Shown: in pieces, positions 10,195-19,666 of the stretch
Position numbering within the stretch: the first letter of the stretch is position 1
Layout of the letters: each line of letters begins with the position of its first letter
Source: Armatimonadota bacterium
GTDB lineage: Bacteria; Armatimonadota; UBA5829; DTJY01
Length of the DNA stretch: 64,000 bases
Assembly: GCA_963663705.1 (NCBI GenBank)
Contig: OY760504.1
Span: forward strand, 2,711,217-2,775,216
Direction: 5' to 3'
The notes under the pieces: generated by a model
Told to the model about the DNA's origin: nothing
The model's input: the letters and a program-made list of their open reading frames with translations, nothing else
Database searches by the model: none
Translations under genes and position numbers: made by a program

Positions 10195-11154
10195 TTATAG
10201 ACCGTACATGAAGTCGAGTATCTTGTCGTCTACGCCGGGGAGACATTCGTGCCCGAAGTCGGGGTAGATCAGCATGTTTTTCTTCGATGTGATTTTGTTG
10301 TAGGCTGCGAATTGCGTGGATGGAGGGCAAATATCGTCTATCAATCCGGTTGTCATCAGCACTTCGGCTTTGATTCGGCTTGCCAGATGTTGATTGTCGA
10401 TATAACCTAGCTTTGTAAATATCTCATCTTTGTGTTCATGTAGGGGATCGGTCATCCTGAAGTACGTGCGCAGTTCCTCGTAAGCGTTTTTGTCCAGATC
10501 CATCTCCCATACACGCAAGTAATCGCAGAGAAACGGCATGAAAGGCGCTGCAAGTTTGATCCTGGGCTCGAGAGCAGCACAGGCGAGCGTGAGTCCGCCT
10601 CCCTGCGAACCGCCTGTCGCTCCTACTCTCGCAGGATCGACTTCCGGCATGCCCATCAGTATCCGAGCTAGTTCGGCGCAGTCCAGAAATACAGAGCGGA
10701 AGAAGAGCTTCTTAGGATCGCCGCTCAATCCACGGATTATGTGGCCTTTATAAGTGTTTCCTGTCACGCCGCCTATGTCTTCCGATAGACCGGCCTGACC
10801 CCGGCAGTCAAGCGCCGCTACGGAAAATCCCTGGCCTACCCAGCTCAGGTAGTTGATCCATTCTCCGCTGTCTCTCGTGTAGCCGTGAAAGAACAGTACT
10901 CCGGGATGAGGCTTGTCTGCTCCCTTGGGGCGGAGATACTTGGCGTGGATGCGCGCCCCGCCGACGCCGGTGAAGTAGAGATGATAGCCCTCTGCAAACG
11001 GATGCTTGTATTCGCTCGGCACCAACTCAACCTTGGGGTCTATGTTTTGCATTTCGGTAAGGCTGTCATCCCAGAACTTGTCGAAATCGGCCGGACGCGG
11101 ATTACGACCTTGATATTCCATCAATTCTTCGAGTGGCATGTCGATAATCGGCAT
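10195..11154 (-). CDS. axe: CE7 acetyl xylan esterase / cephalosporin-C deacetylase family
   Basis: N-terminus MPLEELMEYQGRNPRPADFDKFWDD and the nucleophile elbow GGSQGGGL are hallmarks of CE7 (AXE1) enzymes; 319 aa. Confidence 0.8.
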   Translation of the reverse strand: MPIIDMPLEELMEYQGRNPRPADFDKFWDDSLTEMQNIDPKVELVPSEYKHPFAEGYHLYFTGVGGARIHAKYLRPKGADKPHPGVLFFHGYTRDSGEWINYLSWVGQGFSVAALDCRGQAGLSEDIGGVTGNTYKGHIIRGLSGDPKKLFFRSVFLDCAELARILMGMPEVDPARVGATGGSQGGGLTLACAALEPRIKLAAPFMPFLCDYLRVWEMDLDKNAYEELRTYFRMTDPLHEHKDEIFTKLGYIDNQHLASRIKAEVLMTTGLIDDICPPSTQFAAYNKITSKKNMLIYPDFGHECLPGVDDKILDFMYGL

Positions 11155-11329
11155 TGGATAAGTTCCTCCATCATAATACCTATTGAATAGTAGTAAATAT
11201 TCTTAAACCATTATCGCTCGGTAGCCCGAATTCCTGCCAAATATAGAGCTTTTCTGAAAAATTAGTTACATGTCTATTCGGGGCCTTCTTCGGCGATGAA
11301 TATGGCTACATCAGTCAAAATGCAAGCGA

Positions 11330-11905
11330 AATTCTAGACGCTGTACTGTCCCTCGACGGTGATATTCAGCGGGATTTCTTTCAGCACTTGCAGGCCGGCT
11401 TTGTTGTATAAACTGCGGAAATCGGTAATAGCTGTAAGGGGGATGCTTGGGCTGTTGTACCATTCGCATGGTTACGATGACCATGGCGAACGTGGTCGAT
11501 AAAGGACAGTTGGTATTGGATCCGCGCTAAGTTCAGGATGCTGATTATGCATCCATTCCCACGCTCGACATTTCTTGAATTAGGGATAGCGGGCGGTGCA
11601 GCACTTGGATTGCGTTAGTGAGGTTTACATATGGATGTGTTGGTGCAGTCGGCGAGCCCTTAGTCCGTGAACTCCATTCTCCTCAAAGAACGGGATTACC
11701 CTATGCTCCTTACTCCCCCAGGTGAGATAAAGATGCCCTGTTTCTTCAACTCATTCGATACCCTAATCTGACCGCAGGCCGGTTTCTCAATAGCAAATAC
11801 AAGTACAGCCTCTTCGATGTAACCCTCTACTCGGTTCTTAAGAATCGGCTTCTTTCGGCTGATCTCAAGGAGCGCCATCTCACCGCCGGGCAACGTTTCC
11901 ATGTG
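11330..11905 (-). pseudogene. Degenerate DDE transposase remnant (IS481-like family), with multiple stops and frameshifts
   Basis: The N-terminal HTH segment is intact (MALLEISRKKP...IRVSNELKKQGIFISPGGVRSIG). Downstream frames carry recognisable but broken transposase segments (IQYQLSFIDHV ; LTAITDFRSLYNKAGLQVLKEI). Confidence 0.45.
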
Positions 11906-11959
11906 TTTTTGCCAATTCTATTAACCCGATTTTATTCCGTATTATCTTCTGTTCTGTTG

Positions 11960-12240
11960 TCATCTGACAAAACTTCAGCCTGATCAGGATTGACCGCAAA
12001 TATCCGACGGTCTTAGCAAGATATTACCCTTTACCGTTTGTATTATCCCCATTATAATTGTACATGTTAAGTGTTGATACCTAATCTATGTAGAAATGTT
12101 CACTGAAGAAGCCGCCCGACCGGAAGACATGGATTTCATCTCGATCGTTACCCCGAACTACATGCACTACCCGGTGGCGATCTCATCTCTCGATGCAGGG
12201 CTTTCCGTAGGGTGAGACAAACCGATGACGCTGACACTTT
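11960..12240 (+). pseudogene. Relic duplicate of the 19.5-20.9 kb locus: AraC 3' end, intergenic promoter region, and an internal fragment of a Gfo/Idh/MocA oxidoreductase
   Basis: 11976-12070 matches 19531-19620. Both encode ...PDQD-stop followed by ttagcaagatattaccctttacc. 12130-12216 encodes MDFISIVTPNYMHYPVAISSLDAGLSVG[12 protein letters not shown], matching [37 protein letters not shown] of the 20503..21654 gene. No start codon; there is an internal stop. Confidence 0.55.
12014..12058 (+). promoter_or_regulatory. Operator-like motif TAGCAAGATATTAC followed by a TTTACC-N17-TATAAT promoter (relic copy)
   Basis: Motif at 12014-12027, -35 at 12030-12035, -10 at 12053-12058. Confidence 0.4.
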
Positions 12241-12469
12241 GCGAGGCCAAGGGTGTTCGCAGAATGCAGATTGTCGACAGAAAAAGATATCTTGCCCGTC
12301 GAGCTTATCGTTCGAAAGTGCACAGGTTAGATTGGCTGATATATCGAAGAAAAGGTAATAGTTATGCCACAGATTTGTGGATGGTGTGTGGAGGAGGGAT
12401 GAAAATATGGCATAAGTAAAGTGTCCTGTTTCAAAGGTATTCCACATTTTATAATGAAAGGGCGGTTTT

Positions 12470-13174
12470 ATGATGAAAGAAAAAAGAGGTTTCACCCTGA
12501 TTGAATTGCTAGTTGTCATAGCTATAATAGCTATATTGGCAGCAATCCTGTTTCCTGTATTCGCAAAGGCAAGGGAGAAGGCACGGCAGGCATCATGCCA
12601 GAGCAATGTTAAGCAGTTGACTTTGGGCATGCTAATGTATACTCAGGATTATGATGAGACACTCCCTCCCTGGATTGTAGGAATGAGCGGTACATTTCCA
12701 AATGGTGACCCGGCAAGTAGTGGAGACCCGGCGGGCTATCAGATATGGCTGACATGTATCTATCCTTATGTTAAGAACAACAAAGTCTTTGTGTGCCCCA
12801 GCGCTGGCGGATTGGACTATACAGGAGGACAGTACTGGGGGGGAACGTTTGGGGCTAATAATCCGAAGATCGCTTCGTATGGTGCGAATTCGTGGATACT
12901 GTCGAGCATATACACCGGCGGTGTTACGATGTCAGATATAAAAATGCCGTCGGATACTCCTTTTATAGCCGATTGTGATTACTATATGGTTGGACCATAC
13001 ACGGGCGGCGATGCTTATAACACTAGGGTGCCTGCGGCACGGCACAATGATATGGTAAACATTGGGTTCGCGGATGGCCATGTAAAGACGTGTAAACAGG
13101 ATGCTTGGGTCACTTCGGGCGGTAAATCGTGGCGCGACCCTGTATGGGTGAAATGGTCGCCGGATCTTCAATAA
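12470..13174 (+). CDS. DUF1559 / H-X9-DG protein with a prepilin-type N-terminal cleavage-methylation domain
   Basis: N-terminus [40 protein letters not shown]; C-terminal GFADGHVKTC motif. Confidence 0.85.
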   Translation: MMKEKRGFTLIELLVVIAIIAILAAILFPVFAKAREKARQASCQSNVKQLTLGMLMYTQDYDETLPPWIVGMSGTFPNGDPASSGDPAGYQIWLTCIYPYVKNNKVFVCPSAGGLDYTGGQYWGGTFGANNPKIASYGANSWILSSIYTGGVTMSDIKMPSDTPFIADCDYYMVGPYTGGDAYNTRVPAARHNDMVNIGFADGHVKTCKQDAWVTSGGKSWRDPVWVKWSPDLQ

Positions 13175-13496
13175 TATTGTTCTGACACTAGATAAAGTGG
13201 TGATAGGTAAGCCTCCGGCAGATACGGGGGCTTACCTTCAAAGTAGTCCATCATACCAAACATGAACCTATCAACGTAAAGTGAAATCTGTTACAACCTC
13301 AATAGGCTAGTGGATGTTATTATGCAGGTCAGGGATAAGCGGGAAGACTTCTTCGGGCTGTTACTTGCAGACATGGATACCGGTAAAGGATCATCCCTCA
13401 TGTGATATGAAAACGAAAATGTAACAGACTGCACGAGCAGTCTATGGTAGTTGAGTAAAATACATACTTAAAGATACCCGATAGGAGCAATGATCA

Positions 13497-15539
13497 ATGG
13501 ATCTTAGATGCGAAAAATTGAGCCTTAGTGTAAACGGTCAAGGAATTGTGGAATCCGTACGACTTATCGATAAAGACTACGAGTTTATAACCGGTGCAGC
13601 AGGTTACTCGGCGGTCGAAGATTGCCTGCAGAATTCTATCAGCGGAGACCCTGATGGCGAGACTCCGCAGGCAGCGACCCGCGTAGAGAACGGCTCGATT
13701 TACGTCACGAGGTCATTTGCGAGCGGGCTTGTGATAGAAGATACCTTCTCATCCGATTCCGGTGCGGTCCGGTGGAGAGTGCATGTCTCTACTTCGGAAA
13801 AGACTCCTAGAACTGCGAATCTCTTTCTCGTTCTGCCGGTACTCGGGCAGGACCGGCACGTCTTCGTTACGCACAACGACGCACCGCTCTCGCCGGGGAA
13901 TTTCCGCCATGTGCGCTATGTGTACGGAGGCGATCAGTTCCGAGGCGAGCTGCACAGGGCTGTGGCTCTCCCAGTCGTTACGTTTTACAAGCGCGAGGCG
14001 GACGCCGGACTGACTTGTGCAGTACCCGCGGGCTTGCCTGTGCCTGCCATATGGTATTCGATGTTCCACGAGTCGGATAAGGTAGGCTTCGTGAGTAAAT
14101 TTGTGAACATGCGGCTCTCGGCCAAGCATCCGATCGAAGTTGAGATGCTCATACACGGGCATGGCGGCAACTGGCAGGACGGCTTGTCCTGGTATAGCGA
14201 CCGGTATCACGATTACTTCACGGTCAAGAACGAGGATGTCTACAGGACTGAGGGCGCTATGATCTGTTCGCACGTCCTGCACAGCGAAGATGAAATCAGG
14301 AGATGGAAGGCACAGGGCTTCGCATGGCAGGAACTTCATGCCAACATGCTCTCCTACTACGGAGAATACATGCCGGAGGGCGAGCGATGGGAGACGATCA
14401 ACTCCAAATACCTTGCCAAGAACTTGGACCTGCGGAAGCTCGCCGCTCTCGATCCCGTGGGCGTAGAGTACAACACGCTGACCCAGTGTGCGCCGGATCC
14501 GTATATGAGCAAGAACCGCCTGCGCGAGTACATCGATACTCTGCACAAGAACGGTGTGGCTGCTTTCATCTACTTTAACCCCGTACTCTGCGACAAACAG
14601 ATAGTGGGGAGGTTCGAGTCCGACATAGCTAGAAACGAAGACGGCACACCCTGTGCTAATGGATACTACTTTGGCGTAAGTATGAACCCGGACCCCAATG
14701 GAGGCTGGGGGCGTCATCTGATACAACAGGTCGAGCGCATGATGAGTGAGTTCCCGAACTGTGACGGCATATTCTACGATGAGGTGCATTACCGCCATTA
14801 CGATTTCGCCCACGACGACGGCATCACGATGGTTCACAACAAGCCATGCTCCATGATAGGCTTCGCGATGGCTGATCTGGCAGAGCGTATCTGCGGAATC
14901 GTGCATGCCGCCGGAAAAGTCGTTTGGGCAAACGGCCCGACAAGCCTGGAGGTTGTTAGATACCTGGACGGATGTATGGCCGAGCATAGCAGCACATGGA
15001 TGGGCACGGTGCAGTATTTCTGTCTGGAGAAGCCGATGGTGCTGCTCGCCGGCGGAGACCCTGTCGATAAGCTCTGGGACGGATTCAAAAAGTCATTGGT
15101 CTGCGGTGGGCAGCCGGACGTACTCTGGAAGCTCGATGAGCAGGCAATTTCCGGCGATAACAAGGAGAATCTCTCTCCGAAACCGGCCGACGATCCTGCT
15201 CGACAGGCGCTATGCACGGCGTTCAGACCTCTGCTCGATATGATCAAGGGGCGCAAGTGGGTGCTCCAGCCGAACGTGCTCGAACTACCTGAAGGCGTAG
15301 TCGGCAACTTTTTCGAACTCAGGGACGGCTCTATCGCCATACCTCTGGCTGTGGATCAGCCGCAGAGCAATGTAACGGTGAAGGTGAAGAATACACTTCT
15401 TCCCGAGTATGCAAAGGCTGAGGTAATTACAACGGAGGGCGCTATTGCATCAACTTTGCGTATCGGATCAGGGGATATGTATGCCTCGATAGACATACCT
15501 CTTCTCCAACATGCAGCAGTAATCCGTCTTAACAGCTGA
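13497..15539 (+). CDS. Conserved hypothetical cytoplasmic protein (680 aa), with a paralog at 62001
   Basis: Long ORF with a coding pattern and no signal peptide. It is highly similar to the 62001.. ORF. Conserved segments HGHGGNWQDG, YFNPVLCDK, VWANGPTS. No family assignable by eye. Confidence 0.6.
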   Translation: MDLRCEKLSLSVNGQGIVESVRLIDKDYEFITGAAGYSAVEDCLQNSISGDPDGETPQAATRVENGSIYVTRSFASGLVIEDTFSSDSGAVRWRVHVSTSEKTPRTANLFLVLPVLGQDRHVFVTHNDAPLSPGNFRHVRYVYGGDQFRGELHRAVALPVVTFYKREADAGLTCAVPAGLPVPAIWYSMFHESDKVGFVSKFVNMRLSAKHPIEVEMLIHGHGGNWQDGLSWYSDRYHDYFTVKNEDVYRTEGAMICSHVLHSEDEIRRWKAQGFAWQELHANMLSYYGEYMPEGERWETINSKYLAKNLDLRKLAALDPVGVEYNTLTQCAPDPYMSKNRLREYIDTLHKNGVAAFIYFNPVLCDKQIVGRFESDIARNEDGTPCANGYYFGVSMNPDPNGGWGRHLIQQVERMMSEFPNCDGIFYDEVHYRHYDFAHDDGITMVHNKPCSMIGFAMADLAERICGIVHAAGKVVWANGPTSLEVVRYLDGCMAEHSSTWMGTVQYFCLEKPMVLLAGGDPVDKLWDGFKKSLVCGGQPDVLWKLDEQAISGDNKENLSPKPADDPARQALCTAFRPLLDMIKGRKWVLQPNVLELPEGVVGNFFELRDGSIAIPLAVDQPQSNVTVKVKNTLLPEYAKAEVITTEGAIASTLRIGSGDMYASIDIPLLQHAAVIRLNS

Positions 15540-15818
15540 CTGTATGTCACTGATTCTGAATAGGGCCTCGATAAATAGACGCCATAAGGTAGGATGAAGA
15601 CAAAGCGCCGTGCAGAGGGCCTCGAGACTTTTGTCACGATAGATACCTGAGTGCTACATCATACAAAGTAAGTATGCTCAGGCTCTGATATGGCAAATGA
15701 ATGGATATAATTCGCCATAAGAATAGAAAACAACCATTTGCTAAGGTGAGGGCAAGACAAAAGAACTGCTTGCTAATTATGGAAGATATACAGCCTAAGT
15801 GCAATATATCGCCGGTTA

Positions 15819-15862
15819 TAGCAAGATATTACTCTTGAATCCCCACTGTGGAATGCTATACT
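15819..15862 (+). promoter_or_regulatory. Operator-like motif TAGCAAGATATTAC plus a TTGAAT-N16-TATACT promoter upstream of the aminotransferase operon
   Basis: Same 14-nt motif as at 12014 and 19565, abutting a putative -35. Confidence 0.4.
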
Positions 15863-15914
15863 TATTATGCAACAGCGAATCTGTATTTGCAACAAGATCA
15901 GGGGGATTACTAAA

Positions 15915-17189
15915 TTGGGTGATAAACTTGCACTTTTAGGTGGAAAACCGGCTGTAGACAAAGATGTAGAATTCAAAATATGGCCGGAAGTTACCAAAGA
16001 AGACGAAGAGTATGTGCTGGCATCTCTTCATCAGAACAATCATGCCTGGGGGCCCAACTGCATTGCGCTCCAGGATGAGTTTGCCGCATGGAATGGCAAC
16101 AAATTCTGCGCTGCCACAAACAGTGGCACGGCGGCGCTTCATATGGCGATAGCTGCATTTGGCATAGGCCCGGGCGATGAGGTGATTACCACCACACTCT
16201 CATGGACCTCCACTGCCACGTGTGTGATGCATCACAATGCCATCCCTATCTTTGTAGAAGTGGATTGGGATTCTATGCTGATAGATCCCAAAAAGATTGA
16301 AGCAGCCATCACCCCGAGGACCAAGGCCATTCTGCCAGTGCACTACTGGGGTGTGCCGTGCGACATGGACGCAATAATGGCAATTGCAAAGAAGCATGGG
16401 CTATATGTTTTGGAAGACGCGTGCCAGGGCCACGGTGCTACCTACAAGGGTCGGAAGACCGGTACTTTTGGGGAGTGTTCCGCCTTCAGTCTCAACCAGA
16501 ACAAAAACTTCTCCGCGGGTGAGGGCGGTCTATTTGTCACAGAGGATGAAAAACTGTTTGAGGCGGCACGTGCGCTGATGAGCTTTGGCGAGATGCGCGC
16601 TCCTGAATCGAATCGGGACTTCCACTCCTACGGCATGGGCTGGATGTATAGAACCGATGATATTTCAGCGGCATACGCCAGGAGTGCCCTTGCCAAACTG
16701 GATAAGACAAACGCGCAGGCCCGGGCAAATTTCGACCGTCTGCAAAACAGCCTGCAGGGCCTTAAGGGGATCGTACTGCCGTTTGACACCGAAGATCAGA
16801 AGAGTAACGGATATGCATATGTGATAAGGGTAGAACCGGAATCCGCAGGCTGGAACGGTAAAGCTTCGGAATTTCGCGATATCGTGATAAACGCACTTGC
16901 GGCCGAAGGCGTCCCGGTGGCGTCTGCCAGGTGGATGCTTCCCGCACATACGGTGTTTCAGGCGAAGAACGGTTACGGCAAAGGCTGCCCATGGGAGTGC
17001 CAGTACGCCCGGCAGGATATCGACTATTCTCTGGATCAGTATCCCATAACAAACCGCGTGGTGGACACCTGCATTCAGATAGCCATCAACGGGCATCGCC
17101 CCCCGAACGGCGGCGAACAGTTAGATGCGATAGCATCAGGTATCCGCAAAGTATTCGAGAACCTGGATCAGCTTCCGAGCGAAGCATAA
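15915..17189 (+). CDS. DegT/DnrJ/EryC1/StrS family PLP-dependent aminotransferase
   Basis: Family-typical blocks GDEVITTTLSW, AILPVHYWGVPCDMDAIMAIAKKHGLYVLEDACQGHG, SAFSLNQNKNFSAGEGG. TTG at 15915 has a GGGGG RBS and is preferred. The in-frame ATG at 15867 would sit at the predicted transcription start. Confidence 0.75.
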   Translation: MGDKLALLGGKPAVDKDVEFKIWPEVTKEDEEYVLASLHQNNHAWGPNCIALQDEFAAWNGNKFCAATNSGTAALHMAIAAFGIGPGDEVITTTLSWTSTATCVMHHNAIPIFVEVDWDSMLIDPKKIEAAITPRTKAILPVHYWGVPCDMDAIMAIAKKHGLYVLEDACQGHGATYKGRKTGTFGECSAFSLNQNKNFSAGEGGLFVTEDEKLFEAARALMSFGEMRAPESNRDFHSYGMGWMYRTDDISAAYARSALAKLDKTNAQARANFDRLQNSLQGLKGIVLPFDTEDQKSNGYAYVIRVEPESAGWNGKASEFRDIVINALAAEGVPVASARWMLPAHTVFQAKNGYGKGCPWECQYARQDIDYSLDQYPITNRVVDTCIQIAINGHRPPNGGEQLDAIASGIRKVFENLDQLPSEA

Positions 17190-17260
17190 AATATGCAGGC
17201 GGCGGAAGATACTCCTCGAAATCTTTCGCCGCTTACGTGAAAATAATGGGAGAGCACATC

Positions 17261-18556
17261 ATGAAAGTTGGAACCGCATGGGCGGATATCACCCCATCCG
17301 TCCCCATAGACATCGTAGGGCAAATGGTTGTGAGAAAAGGGAAGTACACCCACGACCCGATAACAGTGAATGCCGTAGTCTTTGAGAAAGATGACACAAA
17401 GGTGGCGCTGGTCTCCTGTGATCTCTGTTATATGGGGATTAATGTCATTGATGATGTTCAGACTTTGTGTGAAAAGGAACTAGGGATACCGGCGGCTTCG
17501 GTTATCATCGCCTGCACTCACACGCATCTGGCCCCTGCCACACGCGATACGTTGTATGGAGACGTAAACGAAAATTTTATAAAAACGTACAAAGAATCTG
17601 TGGTAGATATAGTCCGCAGAGCCCTGAAAAATGCAGAAGATGTCGATATCTACGCCGGAGCAGGATGGATCGATCAGATGGGATTCAACCGCCGGGGGAT
17701 TACCAAAGCCGGTCACGCGGAGATGTATTACGGCAGCTGGGAGGCAGACTTCGACAGGGTGGAAGGCCCGCGAGATGGTCAGGTCGGCGTTCTGTTTGCC
17801 CGCAGACCGGATGGTAGCATAAAAGCAGTGGTTACCTCATTCTCTACCCATCCGAATTCTATGGAAGGCGAAAGCTTCTACAGCGCAGATCTGGTAGGCG
17901 CTACAAGAAATTTCTTGCGGCAGAATCTCGGCGAAGATGTGGGCGTAGTCTATCTCACCGGCGCCGCAGGGGATACCGCTCCGAGCAAACTTGATGATAA
18001 CAAGAACGGTGAGATGCCGTGGCGTGGAGAGGAAGGATGGAAACGTTCGGGACTATATCTCGGCAGCGAGATACTAAAAACCATCGCAGGGACGATAAAA
18101 CCGATGCCTGATCCCCTCTTGCGTCTGGAGCAGGAGTCGGTACCCATAGCGATCCGTCCCTGGCCTAATTTGACCTGGATGTCGAACGACACCCTCAGCG
18201 ATGCCTTCCAGGACTTCTATAGTCTGGAGAAAGAACGCTGGCCCGAAGTCATACGCAAGGAAAGCCCAATGAAGGTTCGCATCAACGTTCTGCGCATAGG
18301 GGACGCGAGCATCTGTACAAACCCAGGAGAATTGTTCGTGGACTACGGGCTGCAGATCAAAAAGTCGTCCCCATCAAACATTACGCTCATCTCCGAGCTT
18401 ACGGACGGCAATGTCGGTTATGTTCCTACAGAAGAAGCTTTCCGGCACGGGGGATATGAAACAATGCCTGCAGAAAGCAGCTTACTTGACGAGCCCGCGG
18501 GAGGGATCATCGTACAAACCACCCTGAATCTACTGAACAAAGCCTTTACGGCATAA
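17261..18556 (+). CDS. Neutral/alkaline ceramidase-like N-terminal domain family hydrolase (putative)
   Basis: MKVGTAWADITPSVPIDIVGQMVVRKGKYTHDPITVNAVVFEKDDTKVALVSCDLCYM fits the G-A-x-DITPP...HDPL-A-A...LVSLDL pattern of bacterial ceramidase-like proteins. RBS GGAGAG 6 nt upstream. The listed ORF's 16931 start overlaps the previous gene. Confidence 0.45.
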   Translation: MKVGTAWADITPSVPIDIVGQMVVRKGKYTHDPITVNAVVFEKDDTKVALVSCDLCYMGINVIDDVQTLCEKELGIPAASVIIACTHTHLAPATRDTLYGDVNENFIKTYKESVVDIVRRALKNAEDVDIYAGAGWIDQMGFNRRGITKAGHAEMYYGSWEADFDRVEGPRDGQVGVLFARRPDGSIKAVVTSFSTHPNSMEGESFYSADLVGATRNFLRQNLGEDVGVVYLTGAAGDTAPSKLDDNKNGEMPWRGEEGWKRSGLYLGSEILKTIAGTIKPMPDPLLRLEQESVPIAIRPWPNLTWMSNDTLSDAFQDFYSLEKERWPEVIRKESPMKVRINVLRIGDASICTNPGELFVDYGLQIKKSSPSNITLISELTDGNVGYVPTEEAFRHGGYETMPAESSLLDEPAGGIIVQTTLNLLNKAFTA

Positions 18557-18683
18557 CACTTTCAAGAAGGAGATTTGCAGTCGAAGCTGGAAATTGGTTT
18601 TAGCAATAGAAAGTGCTAATCGACAGGAATCATCGCCGGCATCAACGGCGCTGACTGAGGTGCTTCCTCTTCGAGGAATGTAG

Positions 18684-19544
18684 ATGGCAGTAGATAAATT
18701 GGAATTCTTAACCGAAATGGGAGAATACCTCCCGGAAATCACATGCATCGGACGTTCTATCTTCGATCCTGTATATGCAGAGGAAGAACACGTTGATAAA
18801 TCGTCCGAGCTCATTCACTTTCTGCATGGGCGCGGGGAGGTTCGGACCCGTGATTTCACTATATACGGCAAAGAGGGTGATAGTATCTACCTGCCTGCCG
18901 ATGTGCCGCATCGCGACATATTTGAAAAAGGCTATGCATTTGAAGCGTACCTGGTCCAATTCCGCTGGGCAGGCGAAGAGAGTTTGCTCAAGGCGTTTCA
19001 TCCGTCGCAGCTGGCCGATATCTCGGAGCCGGGTAAGCTGCGGATCGCCGCGGAATTTCAAAGCCTCTTTAGCGATTTTTCCGATCATATGCCTTTTGGG
19101 GCAGAGATGACTAGCCTGAACATTCTGCGCATCATAGCCATCATGTGCAGAGAGGCTGGAAATATTGCAGGGATGGAAGATCTTCACTCAAGCGATGTGG
19201 GCAAACCGCGGCGCGTGCAGTTGATGATGCAGGCCAAGCGCATTATCATGGATAAGTTCAACGAACCCATAAACCTTGCTCTCATCGCATCGCAATTGAA
19301 TATCAGTTCATATTACCTCTCGAGAGTCTTCAGCGAAGAGAGCGGGTTCCGGCTGTCGAGCTATCTGACCCAGATTCGCATGGAAAAGGCTGTCGCGATG
19401 CTCGACGATTCCCGCCTCAACCTCGCTGAAGTCGGGCGGGCCGTTGGTTTTAGCGATAGCCACTACTTCGGGCAGGTCTTCAAGGCTTATTTTGGAATAT
19501 CCCCCAAAGTTTACAGGGCAAAACTTTTGCCTGATCAGGATTGA
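18684..19544 (+). CDS. AraC family transcriptional regulator
   Basis: C-terminal double HTH (SYYLSRVFSEESGFRLSSYLTQIRMEKAVAMLDDSRLNLAEVGRAVGFSDSHYFGQVFKAYFGISP) with an N-terminal sensing domain. Confidence 0.8.
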   Translation: MAVDKLEFLTEMGEYLPEITCIGRSIFDPVYAEEEHVDKSSELIHFLHGRGEVRTRDFTIYGKEGDSIYLPADVPHRDIFEKGYAFEAYLVQFRWAGEESLLKAFHPSQLADISEPGKLRIAAEFQSLFSDFSDHMPFGAEMTSLNILRIIAIMCREAGNIAGMEDLHSSDVGKPRRVQLMMQAKRIIMDKFNEPINLALIASQLNISSYYLSRVFSEESGFRLSSYLTQIRMEKAVAMLDDSRLNLAEVGRAVGFSDSHYFGQVFKAYFGISPKVYRAKLLPDQD

Positions 19545-19564
19545 CCGCAAATAACCAACCTTCT

Positions 19565-19609
19565 TAGCAAGATATTACCCTTTACCATATGTACCATCAA
19601 CACTATAAT
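19565..19609 (+). promoter_or_regulatory. Operator-like motif TAGCAAGATATTAC plus a TTTACC-N17-TATAAT promoter for the isomerase/oxidoreductase/xylA operon
   Basis: Motif at 19565-19578, -35 at 19581-19586, -10 at 19604-19609. The region starts inside the last codons of the AraC gene. Confidence 0.45.
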
Positions 19610-19666
19610 TATTGCATACCAAGCATTTTTTTGAGGCCTGCTTGCCAGGCGACTCTGGAGGAAACG

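Noticed and set aside
16931-17260. 5' extension of the ceramidase-like ORF that overlaps the aminotransferase gene
   Set aside because: The extension encodes Arg-rich, non-protein-like sequence and overlaps the upstream gene by 260 nt. A good RBS precedes the ATG at 17261.
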